Shown: in pieces, positions 1 to 8,914 of the stretch | Position numbering within the stretch: position 1 is the stretch's first letter | How the letters are laid out: each line of letters opens with the position of its first letter | DNA from: Candidatus Poribacteria bacterium | GTDB taxonomy: Bacteria; Poribacteria; WGA-4E; JAJDTR01 | DNA: 64,000 nt | NCBI GenBank assembly: GCA_965204085.1 | Contig: CBDBEE010000003.1 | Coordinates: 1,068,173-1,132,172 of the forward strand | Direction of reading: 5' to 3' | Position numbers and translations under genes: made by a program | Notes under the pieces: generated by a model | The model's input: the letters and a program-made list of their open reading frames with translations, nothing else | Told to the model about the DNA's origin: nothing | The model's database searches: none

Positions 1-1481
1 AAATTCGTCATTTCCTAGCTTGGGTAAAGCCAACATTCTGGTGGTGCATCTTTACCTTTGTCTTGCTGTTTGTCATGCAGTGCATCAACGTGATAATTCG
101 TAAACGCTGGGTTGAACAGGAACGACTGGTGTATCCTATTGTTGAACTTCCTTACCAGATCGCCTGCAAAACCAATTCCTTCTTGCGCAACAAACCGATG
201 TGGTGGGGTTTTGCAATTGCGGCGTCCATCAGTCTCATCAACGGATTAAGTGTGTTATTTCCATCTATTCCATCCATTCCAAATAAGTCCATTCCGTTAC
301 AATCCCTGTTTTCTGAAAAACCGTGGACCGCCTTCTTGGCAGGAGGCAGTTCAATTATCATATATCCCTTTGCTGTCGGTCTCAGCTTTCTGATGCCACT
401 CGACCTGTTGGGATCGTGCCTCCTCTTTTTTCTTCTCTATAAGATACAAATTTTCATCGGGATTATGGCGGGGCTGGAGAAAATGCCCGGTTATCCTTTT
501 CCCTACGAGCAGAATATCGGTGCATATACAGGTATTTCCGTGATCGTACTTTGGAGCGCGCGCCGGCAGATTTGGCGGGCATTTCAACAAGCTATCAAAC
601 GTAAACCAACAGAAGATGCGTCTGAACCGATGCAGTATCGGACTGCGTTCTTGGGAATCCTGCTCGGAGGAATTTTTCTTGTCGGGTTCGGGATGAGAGG
701 GGGCATGGCACTGTGGATTGCCGTTCTGTTCTTCGCTGCCCATTTCCTGACAATTGCTATCGCCCTCACACGTATTCGCGCACAGATTGGTCTTTCAATC
801 CATAATACTACTTCCATTGGACCGCACCACAGTTTGGTCAGTCTGATTGGTACCCGCCGATTAGGTGCACAGAATCTCACATGGTTCTCCCTTTTCTTTT
901 GGTTTAACCGAGACAATCGTAGCCACCCGATGCCCCATCAACTGGAAGCGTTCAAGCTCGCCGAGCGTAGCAAACTCGATTCGAAGGGGTTATCCCGCTG
1001 GATGCTTGGCTTGATGGTCATCGCAATGCCGCTATGTATTGTGATGCTATTGGATACGTTTTATAAACTTGGCGTGGACTCGGGAAGGATAGGTGCACAA
1101 ATTAATAGTTTTGGAAGTCGTGCCTACCGCTTACTCCACCGTTCTTTCATCATGCCGCAAGACTCGCAGCCTGCACATGTCGCCGGCATGGTAATTGGGT
1201 TCGGTTTCACACTCCTATTGGCGGCCATTCGCAGCCGTCTGTTTTGGTGGCCGATTCACCCACTGGGTTATGGAGTTGCTTTCCATATTCACATGTTTTG
1301 GGCAGCTTTTACTATCGGTGCTATCACCAAGTGGTCACTACTAAAGTACGGAGGAATTGGACTCTATCGCAAAGCGGTCCCATTATTCATTGGGCTAGTG
1401 TTGGGAGACTTCACGGTTGGGAGCATTTGGAGCATCTTGGGAATTGCCTTAAACACACGCACGTACACGTTTTATTATTGA
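1..1481 (+). CDS. Polytopic integral membrane protein of unknown function, 5'-truncated by the window edge; paralog of 62690..64000
   Basis: The frame of the 63..1481 ORF stays open back to nt 3 (IRHFLAWVKPTFWWCIFTFVLLFVMQCINVIIRKRW). This aligns with LVEWGIPVLAWTAFIFALVSVMLCINIILRKQW in the ORF at the far end of the window. Many hydrophobic segments. Confidence 0.75.
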   Translation, partial: IRHFLAWVKPTFWWCIFTFVLLFVMQCINVIIRKRWVEQERLVYPIVELPYQIACKTNSFLRNKPMWWGFAIAASISLINGLSVLFPSIPSIPNKSIPLQSLFSEKPWTAFLAGGSSIIIYPFAVGLSFLMPLDLLGSCLLFFLLYKIQIFIGIMAGLEKMPGYPFPYEQNIGAYTGISVIVLWSARRQIWRAFQQAIKRKPTEDASEPMQYRTAFLGILLGGIFLVGFGMRGGMALWIAVLFFAAHFLTIAIALTRIRAQIGLSIHNTTSIGPHHSLVSLIGTRRLGAQNLTWFSLFFWFNRDNRSHPMPHQLEAFKLAERSKLDSKGLSRWMLGLMVIAMPLCIVMLLDTFYKLGVDSGRIGAQINSFGSRAYRLLHRSFIMPQDSQPAHVAGMVIGFGFTLLLAAIRSRLFWWPIHPLGYGVAFHIHMFWAAFTIGAITKWSLLKYGGIGLYRKAVPLFIGLVLGDFTVGSIWSILGIALNTRTYTFYY

Positions 1482-1597
1482 TAGGACTTGCGAGTTGGGC
1501 GTCTGAGATTGGTCGTAGAAAAATCTATTGCCCGTTTCTTCACAAAACAGCATCGACGTACAGGGACGTTAACGACTAGCCAAACGCACAATGAAGA

Positions 1598-1634
1598 GAG
1601 ATCTCTATCGCACCCACTATTCGTTCGCTTGATT
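1598..1634. repeat. Family-D short dispersed repeat unit (GCGATAGAGATC-type), inverted orientation
   Basis: gagatctctatcgcacccactattcgttcgcttgatt is the reverse complement of the unit seen at 27293, 45092, 57743 and 62289. Confidence 0.6.
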
Positions 1635-1943
1635 GCTACTACAAGCCGAACTGCGTAAATCCAAAATTACACAACTACCATCAATCCTCTGCGCAGTCGA
1701 GCTTGTCAAAGCCAAGCATCCTCGTTACGGTTTAAACTCTCTACCTACCCAAACGTCTATGTCGATAACCGCTGTAAACGTATCAGATTAGCAAATCGTT
1801 CCGATGAACACGTGGTTTTCGACAAGCACCCCGCCCGAACGTTTAAATCCGAAAATTTGCATTTTTCTAAATTCGCGGCAGAATCCTCGTTCTAAACTTG
1901 GCACAGCTAACCAAAGTACAAAAAACATAATGAGGAATATAAA

Positions 1944-4900
1944 ATGACAGGACTGAATTCGCTGATAACATTGATTCTGTTCGGCGGCATCGCCTTTGCA
2001 CAAACGCCGCAGCCTATCGACCCGATGGAACAGGAGGTTACCCAAGGCGCGCTGCGCGTCAAAACCGAAGATGAGATTGTCGAATGTCCGTTGAAGCACA
2101 CTGATGTCAAGGCGATTATCTCCGGCTTCATCGCGCGCGTGACCGTGACTCAAACGTTCGACAATCCCTTTGACGACAAAATTGAGGCGGTTTACGTCTT
2201 CCCGCTGCCGCATACCGCCGTCGTGGACGACATGACAATGGTTATGGGCGAGCGACGGATCATCGGATTGATAAAGCGTCGGGATGAGGCGCGTGCCGTC
2301 TATGAGCGAGCAATCGAACAAGGAACAACGGCAAGCCTGCTTGAGCAGGAGCGACCGAATATCTTCACCCAATCGGTGGGCAACATCAAACCGGGGGAGG
2401 AAATCCGCATCGAAATCTCCTACGTCGATGTTCTCAACTACGACATGGGCAGCTACGAGTTTCATTTCCCGATGGTGGTCGGCCCCCGCTATATCCCAGG
2501 GATTCCGACTTCCAAAAAGCCCGATCTTCCAAAAGAATTAAAGGGGAAAGTTGGCGAATTAGAGGAGCCAGGAGTAGAAGGACCAGTGGAAGGGACTGTC
2601 CCATCGGGCACAGGCTGGTCGCCCGACACGACGCGCGTGCTGGACGCCTCGCGAATCACACCTCCAGTGCTCAAACCGGGCTATCGCACAGGGCACGACA
2701 TCAGTCTTTCGGTATCGCTCGAAGCGGGCGTGCCGGTCAAGGGTATCAATATTGTTAATCACAAAGCGATGCTCAAGCGGATTGGAGCGTCCGGTGCCGT
2801 CGCGGAAATCTCGCCCGAGGATTCAATTCCAAACAAGGATTTTGTGATGAAATACGCCATCGTCGGCGAAAAACCGGAGATGGCGGTTTTGGCGCATTCC
2901 AAGGGACCTGACCAAGGCTATTTCATGCTCATGATTCAGCCGAAACTTGATGCTGAACTTGCCGAAGCCCCTCCGCGCGAGATTGTTTTTCTCGTTGATG
3001 TTTCCGGTTCGATGGGAGGTGCACCGACGGAGAAGGTGAAAGAGGCGATGCGCCACTTTTTCCGTCTCAGCAAGCCAGACGACACCGTGCAGGTCATTAC
3101 CTTTGCCGGCAGCGCGAACAAACTGTTTGAAAGACCGGTCCCAGCGACAGAGGAGAATGTCAATCGCGCCCTAAACTTCACGCAGCAGATTCGCGCCGGT
3201 GGTGGAACGGAGATGCTCAAAGGAATTAAAGTGGTGCTCAACGAGCCGGTAGACCCAGAACGGGTGCGTATTGTCGTGATGCTCACGGATGGCTATATCG
3301 GCAACGAGGCGGAGATTATTGAAGAGGTCGGAAAACGCGCCGGTGACCAAATTCGATTTTGGGCAATCGGCATCGGTTCATCGCCCAACCGCTTCCTGAC
3401 TGACGGCGTAGCAAAACAGAGCGGCGGGATGTCCGGGGTGCTTGAGCTTGATACCGACCCAAAGGAGTTGGTGACGCAGATTGTCAAGCGGATTCACAGG
3501 GCGCAACTTGCCAAGATCCAGATTGACTGGAATGAACTGCCCGTCTACGAGATCTTTCCGCGTCGGATCCCAGAACTGTGGGCGGGCCGCCCGGTCATCC
3601 TGTTTGGACGCTATGCGGATGGAGGACAAACACAGATTAAATTGTCAGGTGTCGCAGAGGGGAAACCGCTCTCATATGCACTGGACGTAGCCCTTCCGCG
3701 TGCGCAACCGGAACATGGCGTTCTCTCCAAGACGTGGGCACGAAAGAAAATTGAGGACATCTCGGCGCAGATGTTCTATGCCGATACCCCTGAAGTGATA
3801 GAGGAAATCACGCAGGTAGCACTCACCTATCGGCTGATGAGCCAATACACCAGTTTCGTCGCCGTGGATGAGAGCGAAGTGCAACTCGCGAGTCAGGTGG
3901 CGAAACCGCCTCGTCGGGTGCCGGTGCCATTACCGGCTGGAGTTGAGTTCGATGGCATCTTTGGGGGACATGTCGCTGTCGAAGAGTACGCAAGCCGTCC
4001 GTTAATGCGATCGTCTCGAGCAGGGAGCCTTACCCTTTCATATTCACCTACTTCAGCACAGGCTCCGAGTGGCGTCAGAGCGTCGCGCGTGAATGTTTCC
4101 GCACGGTATGGTCAGCAAACAGTGACGAGGCCAAGGGCTGCACGGGGGCTAATGTCATCTTCTGCTTCCTTTACACCCACAAGAGAGGCATCATCAAGAA
4201 TTGTTAAGGAATTCCCTTCAACCATTAGCCAAACGAGCGCGCCTGGGGAAATTACTCGAGTCCCGCGGGATGGCGCCAGGGCTGGGTTGTCACTCGACAT
4301 GGTAGAACATCAAGATTTGGGACACACCCTATTCGATCAGTGGTCGATAAAAAGGCGCGAAGATGCACAAAAAGCATTGGCGGAGGCAAAAGAGTTGCAG
4401 AAACAGGGTGAGTTCGAAGCGGCAGGACTTCGGTATCAGCACGTGCTGGCACTACAAGCTGACATGCTAGGTAGCAATGACACGGTGATAGAGGCAATTT
4501 TGACCACAACGGAGGAGATTGGAAAACGACGCGCCCAAACTCACCCGCGCTTGAACCGAAAACTTGACCTCATTCTTCGGAATCAACCGCTTGACGATGC
4601 GATTCGTACCGTCGTCGAAGCGGGCGAACTCCAACTTGAACTCGTTAATGGTAGTCTTCAAGATGTCGCCGAGTTACTAAATCTGCCAAAACTCCGGGTG
4701 ACATATCTTGACTTGCGCCATGCCACGATGATCCAAGCGCTGGACTGGCTGCTTGCGCCGTATCATCTAACTTGGCAAATGAAAGACGCAGACAGAATTA
4801 TAGTGGGCGCATCAAGGCGTCTACCGGCGTCATCCGCGTGGGGATACGCCGTCGCCGACCTTGCAATTCCCTCAGAGGATGAGATTGACAACATGGCTTC

Positions 4901-5888
4901 AGGGACAGACGTCGAAGAAGCACTGACAGACTTTCTTAACGGGATCAGAATTATCATTGGCCAGAAGGAAGATTCTGGGTTCATGCCCGGTTCGGCGGTG
5001 TTGATAGATGCGGGACGGTTGCTCGTCTACGGCGAGCCGCATACCCACGCATCAGTGAAGGCGTTTCTTGATGCATTGCGCGACGATCAACTTGATATCG
5101 TGAAAGTTTCCGGGCGTGATCTTTCAAGCGAAGAGCGTACATCTCTGAAAGCCTTGCAGCAGCTAACGGCGCAACGATGGCGGGCGCGTGCTGAAGCTCG
5201 CGAGAAGTGGACTGCCAATCAGGTGCGTCGCCGCATCGCGGCTGATTCGGACAAAGCATCTTGGCAGTTACTGGCAGATGCGGTTCGGGGCAGTGTTAAC
5301 CTTGAAGCCCTCACTACACTTCAAACCGCTTGGGACAACCCGCAGATTAAAGGGGTGGCTCCGCTGCTTGTGACGCGCGCCGCTTGGTGTATCGGCATGG
5401 CAGCGCGAGCTATTCCCAACGACCCGGAACTTACTACTCTTGCCGAGAAATCCCTCTCATCGGTGAAAGCGATGAAGGTGCTGAAGCCGGAAGACGACAA
5501 TTCCTCCGGCTATCTCGCCACTTTATACGCGGTGTTGCTGCTGGAAGATGGAAATGCTCGTGAAAGTCAGATCGACGATGCCGTCAAGTCGCTGATGAAG
5601 ATGCCCGAAAACTCCCCGCATTGGACCACACGCCTCATCACGCAAGGATGGTTTTCACCCTCTGTAGAGAACGATCTTTCCTTAATGGAGGCAATCTCGG
5701 CGCATCGGATTGGTGGAGATGACGGCGTTCTGCTGACCAGCCTGCTCGCCAAACGCCGCGGCGGTCAGTTGTGGCAAGCCTTCCGAGAGGAGATGCCATC
5801 TCTCATTAAAGTACGGCCGTTGAACGGTCATGTCGTGGTTCTCGTCAATCGGCTGGAGGGGTCGCCCTTGGCGTTTGGGTCGAAATAA
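1944..5888 (+). CDS. Secreted VIT domain + von Willebrand factor A (vWA) domain protein with a ~650-aa C-terminal extension
   Basis: N-terminal signal peptide. VIT-like block (KHTDVKAIISGFIARVTVTQTFDNPFDDKIEAVYVFPLP...LLEQERPNIFTQSVGNIKPGEEI). vWA MIDAS motif (VFLVDVSGSMGG) and LTDGYIGNE. The C-terminal half has coiled-coil/TPR-like text and an STN-like stretch (LDLRHATMIQALDWLLAPYHLTWQMKD). Confidence 0.8.
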   Translation: MTGLNSLITLILFGGIAFAQTPQPIDPMEQEVTQGALRVKTEDEIVECPLKHTDVKAIISGFIARVTVTQTFDNPFDDKIEAVYVFPLPHTAVVDDMTMVMGERRIIGLIKRRDEARAVYERAIEQGTTASLLEQERPNIFTQSVGNIKPGEEIRIEISYVDVLNYDMGSYEFHFPMVVGPRYIPGIPTSKKPDLPKELKGKVGELEEPGVEGPVEGTVPSGTGWSPDTTRVLDASRITPPVLKPGYRTGHDISLSVSLEAGVPVKGINIVNHKAMLKRIGASGAVAEISPEDSIPNKDFVMKYAIVGEKPEMAVLAHSKGPDQGYFMLMIQPKLDAELAEAPPREIVFLVDVSGSMGGAPTEKVKEAMRHFFRLSKPDDTVQVITFAGSANKLFERPVPATEENVNRALNFTQQIRAGGGTEMLKGIKVVLNEPVDPERVRIVVMLTDGYIGNEAEIIEEVGKRAGDQIRFWAIGIGSSPNRFLTDGVAKQSGGMSGVLELDTDPKELVTQIVKRIHRAQLAKIQIDWNELPVYEIFPRRIPELWAGRPVILFGRYADGGQTQIKLSGVAEGKPLSYALDVALPRAQPEHGVLSKTWARKKIEDISAQMFYADTPEVIEEITQVALTYRLMSQYTSFVAVDESEVQLASQVAKPPRRVPVPLPAGVEFDGIFGGHVAVEEYASRPLMRSSRAGSLTLSYSPTSAQAPSGVRASRVNVSARYGQQTVTRPRAARGLMSSSASFTPTREASSRIVKEFPSTISQTSAPGEITRVPRDGARAGLSLDMVEHQDLGHTLFDQWSIKRREDAQKALAEAKELQKQGEFEAAGLRYQHVLALQADMLGSNDTVIEAILTTTEEIGKRRAQTHPRLNRKLDLILRNQPLDDAIRTVVEAGELQLELVNGSLQDVAELLNLPKLRVTYLDLRHATMIQALDWLLAPYHLTWQMKDADRIIVGASRRLPASSAWGYAVADLAIPSEDEIDNMASGTDVEEALTDFLNGIRIIIGQKEDSGFMPGSAVLIDAGRLLVYGEPHTHASVKAFLDALRDDQLDIVKVSGRDLSSEERTSLKALQQLTAQRWRARAEAREKWTANQVRRRIAADSDKASWQLLADAVRGSVNLEALTTLQTAWDNPQIKGVAPLLVTRAAWCIGMAARAIPNDPELTTLAEKSLSSVKAMKVLKPEDDNSSGYLATLYAVLLLEDGNARESQIDDAVKSLMKMPENSPHWTTRLITQGWFSPSVENDLSLMEAISAHRIGGDDGVLLTSLLAKRRGGQLWQAFREEMPSLIKVRPLNGHVVVLVNRLEGSPLAFGSK

Positions 5889-5962
5889 CCGGTGACTCGT
5901 CGGTCAAGAGTGCTTTCGCCCGGACTGGGGCGTGCCGCCGCGAGGCTTGGAACCGTGTAATT

Positions 5963-6144
5963 ATACCATTTCGCTTGAATAATAGTGCATATGATGTCTG
6001 AATTATATCGTTCACTTTCTCCGTAGGCGGGGCATCTTGCCCCGCCGTCTTTGCGCGGAGACGAGGATTCTTACTCCGCTCCACGCAAGTTTATTTTCTT
6101 GATCCACGTAATCAATGCACTGGCATTTTAGAGAAATGGTATTA
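5963..6144. repeat. Family-B MITE-like element, copy 1 (imperfect terminal inverted repeats, central GC hairpin)
   Basis: The ends ataccatttcgcttgaat ... tagagaaatggtat form an imperfect inverted repeat (~10-nt core ataccatttc / gaaatggtat). Central hairpin is ggcggggcatcttgccccgcc. Second copy at 57674..57844. Confidence 0.7.
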
Positions 6145-6411
6145 CCCCTATAAACTAGACCGTTGAATGAGAGAATCACCGACTGGCAAAACGGTCATCA
6201 TCTAGGTCCAACCATGGCTCAGAAACGCCGAGAAAAACAATGAAATTTATATGCCACGACACGGGAAAAACAGTACGATGGACGATTCACGACGCAGATA
6301 GCTTCTGTTTTCCAGTACCACCTATACAAAAATACAGTCCTGTTTCCATGTTGGCAAGGATAACTCCTCCATGCAACTCTGTGTAGGACACAGAGGGATT
6401 AACCTAAATTT

Positions 6412-8160
6412 TCAAATACTCTCACCGCACCTTTCATTTCTACTAAACTGTCTCTGAAACAGGTCGTAATATATACCTCTTCCTCCAATCAACTCTTCAT
6501 GGTCACCCCATTCCACGATTCGTCCATCTTTGAGAACAAGAATTTTATCCGCATTTAGTATCGTTGAAAGGCGATGCGCAATCACAAAACTCGTACGCCC
6601 TTCCATCAATTTGATAAGCGCTTGCTGCACTAAATACTCTGATTTAGCATCCAAGGCTGAGGTTGCCTCATCTAGAATTAGGATTTTCGGATTTCTTATC
6701 AATACACGTGCTATGGCAATCCGTTGACGTTGTCCACCGGACAGTTGAATACCACGCTCTCCGACTGTGGTGTGGTACTGATCTGGGAGTCCCATAATGA
6801 ATTCATAAATGTTCGCGAGTTTCGCAGCTTCAACAACTTGCTCATGAGATATAGTTTCCGGCTCATGAGCCCCCAAGCGAATGTTATATTCAATAGTATT
6901 AGCAAATAAGTAGGGATCTTGAAAAACAATACCTATATGAGATCGAAGCGATTGAATGTTGATTGCATTGATACTCATGTTATCTACCAATATCTCTCCC
7001 CGTTGGTGTGTATAGAATCTTGGAATTAGATTAACGAGAGTGCTCTTCCCCGCGCCGCTAGGGCCCACTAGAGCAATAATCTCGCCTGGCGAAGCTTCAA
7101 AACTGATATCTTTCAAAACCGTGTTGTTCTTTGTATCATAGCCAAAAGAGACATTTGAAAATTGGACTCTCCCCTCTATCTGTTTTACAACTATTCCATC
7201 AAAGGACTCTTCTTTATAAGAGTCTAAAAAACTAAAAACGCGCTTGGCGGCAACCAATATTAATGGGAATTGATTCTGGAGACTTATGAGCACATTTACA
7301 GGACGATAAACATGGTTAAAATACCTTGTTATAGCGAAGATTTCGCCTATGGTTAGCACACCATTTAATACATATCTTCCGCCAACCAGAAATATCAGAG
7401 CTGTCGCTATCCAGAATAAGACAATCGTGACATTCCCTGCCTGCCGGATAATTGCTTGTTTGAGGCTGACAGCTAAGATTCGGCTGAGAGATTTCTGAAT
7501 TTTTGTCAAATCATAGAATTCCTTGCCTAGTCCTTTGAGTTCGCGTGAACCTGCAATGCTCTCCTGCAAGTTGCTGGAGAGTTGCGCTTTCTCTTCTTGA
7601 AACTCCTGCGCAATTCTTTTCAGCGGCTTATCCAAGATGACAGGAATCACACTAGTCACAGCAACAAGCAACAATGCGAATAAACACAACTGTAAATTAA
7701 TCGAAAAAAGAATGAACAGTGTGACAGTAAGTGTGACAATGTTCAGGATATAGTCTCCCGCTAACACTCGAATGCCTTCCACCGTTCTTGGGATATCCGA
7801 TGTAAATATAGACATCACCCTACCCGTCTTCTGTGAGTCGTAAAATTGAAAGCCCAACCTGCGCAAATGGTGATAAGCAGCCATTTGCATATCTCTTGCG
7901 CTATTTTCAGTGGTTTTTGTAGAAAAGTAGACAATTCCGAATGTAAAGAGATACATGCATGCAGCGGTCAAAATATACAGACCACAAATGGGTAGAAGCA
8001 TTTTGGGATTTCTTGTGCCAAAAACATTGTCAATCAGGATTTTCTCAAGCCAAGGGAGGGCCAAATGACTGATGGAATACAACAGTGAACACAGAACATA
8101 AAGGAGGTGAAAAAACCAATATGGTTTAAGATACGACAAAAGTCGGAGGCTTATTCGCAT
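6412..8160 (-). CDS. ABC exporter, fused permease/ATPase (MsbA-like type I exporter)
   Basis: N-terminal 6-TM domain. Walker A GPSGAGKST, signature LSGGQRQR, Walker B ILILDEATSALD, H-loop IAHRLST. Confidence 0.9.
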   Translation of the reverse strand: MRISLRLLSYLKPYWFFHLLYVLCSLLYSISHLALPWLEKILIDNVFGTRNPKMLLPICGLYILTAACMYLFTFGIVYFSTKTTENSARDMQMAAYHHLRRLGFQFYDSQKTGRVMSIFTSDIPRTVEGIRVLAGDYILNIVTLTVTLFILFSINLQLCLFALLLVAVTSVIPVILDKPLKRIAQEFQEEKAQLSSNLQESIAGSRELKGLGKEFYDLTKIQKSLSRILAVSLKQAIIRQAGNVTIVLFWIATALIFLVGGRYVLNGVLTIGEIFAITRYFNHVYRPVNVLISLQNQFPLILVAAKRVFSFLDSYKEESFDGIVVKQIEGRVQFSNVSFGYDTKNNTVLKDISFEASPGEIIALVGPSGAGKSTLVNLIPRFYTHQRGEILVDNMSINAINIQSLRSHIGIVFQDPYLFANTIEYNIRLGAHEPETISHEQVVEAAKLANIYEFIMGLPDQYHTTVGERGIQLSGGQRQRIAIARVLIRNPKILILDEATSALDAKSEYLVQQALIKLMEGRTSFVIAHRLSTILNADKILVLKDGRIVEWGDHEELIGGRGIYYDLFQRQFSRNERCGESI

Positions 8161-8231
8161 GATTTATAGGGATTACGCAGTTGAGTGAAAATGGGTTATA
8201 ATTGGAGCATGAATCCACCGAAATGTAGTCA

Positions 8232-8408
8232 CATTGACTATACTAACGCAAGTTGCTACCTATGACAAAGAAACCGAGTTTTTGGTTCACGTTTGCTAAA
8301 TTATAAGCAAATTGGGCTGACTTTAGTCAATTTCGTGTTTCCACGTTGGAAAAAACTCGGTTTCTGCGCTTCGTCGGACAAAGGTGGCAACTTGGGTATA
8401 CTAATTTC
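8232..8408. repeat. Family-A long-hairpin MITE-like element, copy 1
   Basis: caagttgctacc...agaaaccgagtttttggttcacgt pairs with acgttggaaaaaactcggtttct...ggtggcaacttg. About 85% identical to 13563..13730. Confidence 0.75.
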
Positions 8409-8429
8409 TCGATTGTTACTCAGAAAAAT

Positions 8430-8564
8430 TACAGTTGTCTTGAAGTGGAAAAAGTCCAATCCGAAGCTGATGACTCACCCGCTCATGATTCGTTTACAAG
8501 GCTCCTGTATCAAGATGAACCAAACGCCGCCAAATTATGGCACGAATCGAGAAATTTGGTTTGA
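8430..8564 (+). pseudogene. Probable remnant of an IS4/IS701-like transposase N-terminus
   Basis: The translation CLEVEKVQSEADDSPAHDSFTRLLYQDEPNAAKLWHESRNLV resembles the SHDSxxRxL...LW N-terminal signature of IS4/IS701-type transposases as I recall it. It stops after ~45 codons and abuts a MITE. Confidence 0.4.
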
Positions 8565-8632
8565 GGCAAAACTCTCAGCGTTTATCTGGTCGCCCCGTTG
8601 CCGCTGATGCCTCGGTGAAAGCATCAGATACG

Positions 8633-8914
8633 TTAACCTTGAAGCAACGGAGACATGATTGATTCGACGGGAGGTGCCGGCACATCAAAGTCTGGGAACA
8701 GCCAGAGTTGGTCTGCTACACCTGCGGTGTCCTCAACGGATGGTTCATTGAACGGAATCGCCGGGTCAGCCCAGAGTTCCATCCCTTGTACGATCGGATT
8801 AGAGGTGACGCGAGCAAGGATTCGGGTGCGACGTTCGGGGTCGAGCGTTTCTCCGGTGAAGACCTCGCGCATCAGTTGTATGAGTGTGTCGGTAGATAGG
8901 TCGGCTTTCATCAT
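8633..8914 (-). CDS. 93-aa soluble protein: Cys-less anti-sigma-like N-terminus plus a QLWLF clamp-binding-type motif
   Basis: ATGA start/stop overlap with the upstream clamp-like gene. The N-terminus (LIQLMREVFTGETLDPERRTRILARV) follows the xGELxxxERxxxxxHL pattern of anti-sigma domains but lacks the His/Cys zinc ligands. The C-terminal part contains DQLWLFPDF. Confidence 0.6.
   Translation of the reverse strand: MMKADLSTDTLIQLMREVFTGETLDPERRTRILARVTSNPIVQGMELWADPAIPFNEPSVEDTAGVADQLWLFPDFDVPAPPVESIMSPLLQG

Noticed and set aside
6377-6395. Hairpin ctctgtg-tagga-cacagag as the terminator of the ABC exporter gene
   Set aside because: The 7-bp stem is followed by no U-tract on the transcribed strand, so support is insufficient.
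8293-8607. ORFs 8293..8607 and 8346..8564 as intact protein-coding genes
   Set aside because: They start inside the family-A hairpin repeat, overlap each other in different frames and lack an RBS. Only the last ~45 codons of one frame resemble anything (a transposase N-terminus). I treat that as an IS remnant instead.
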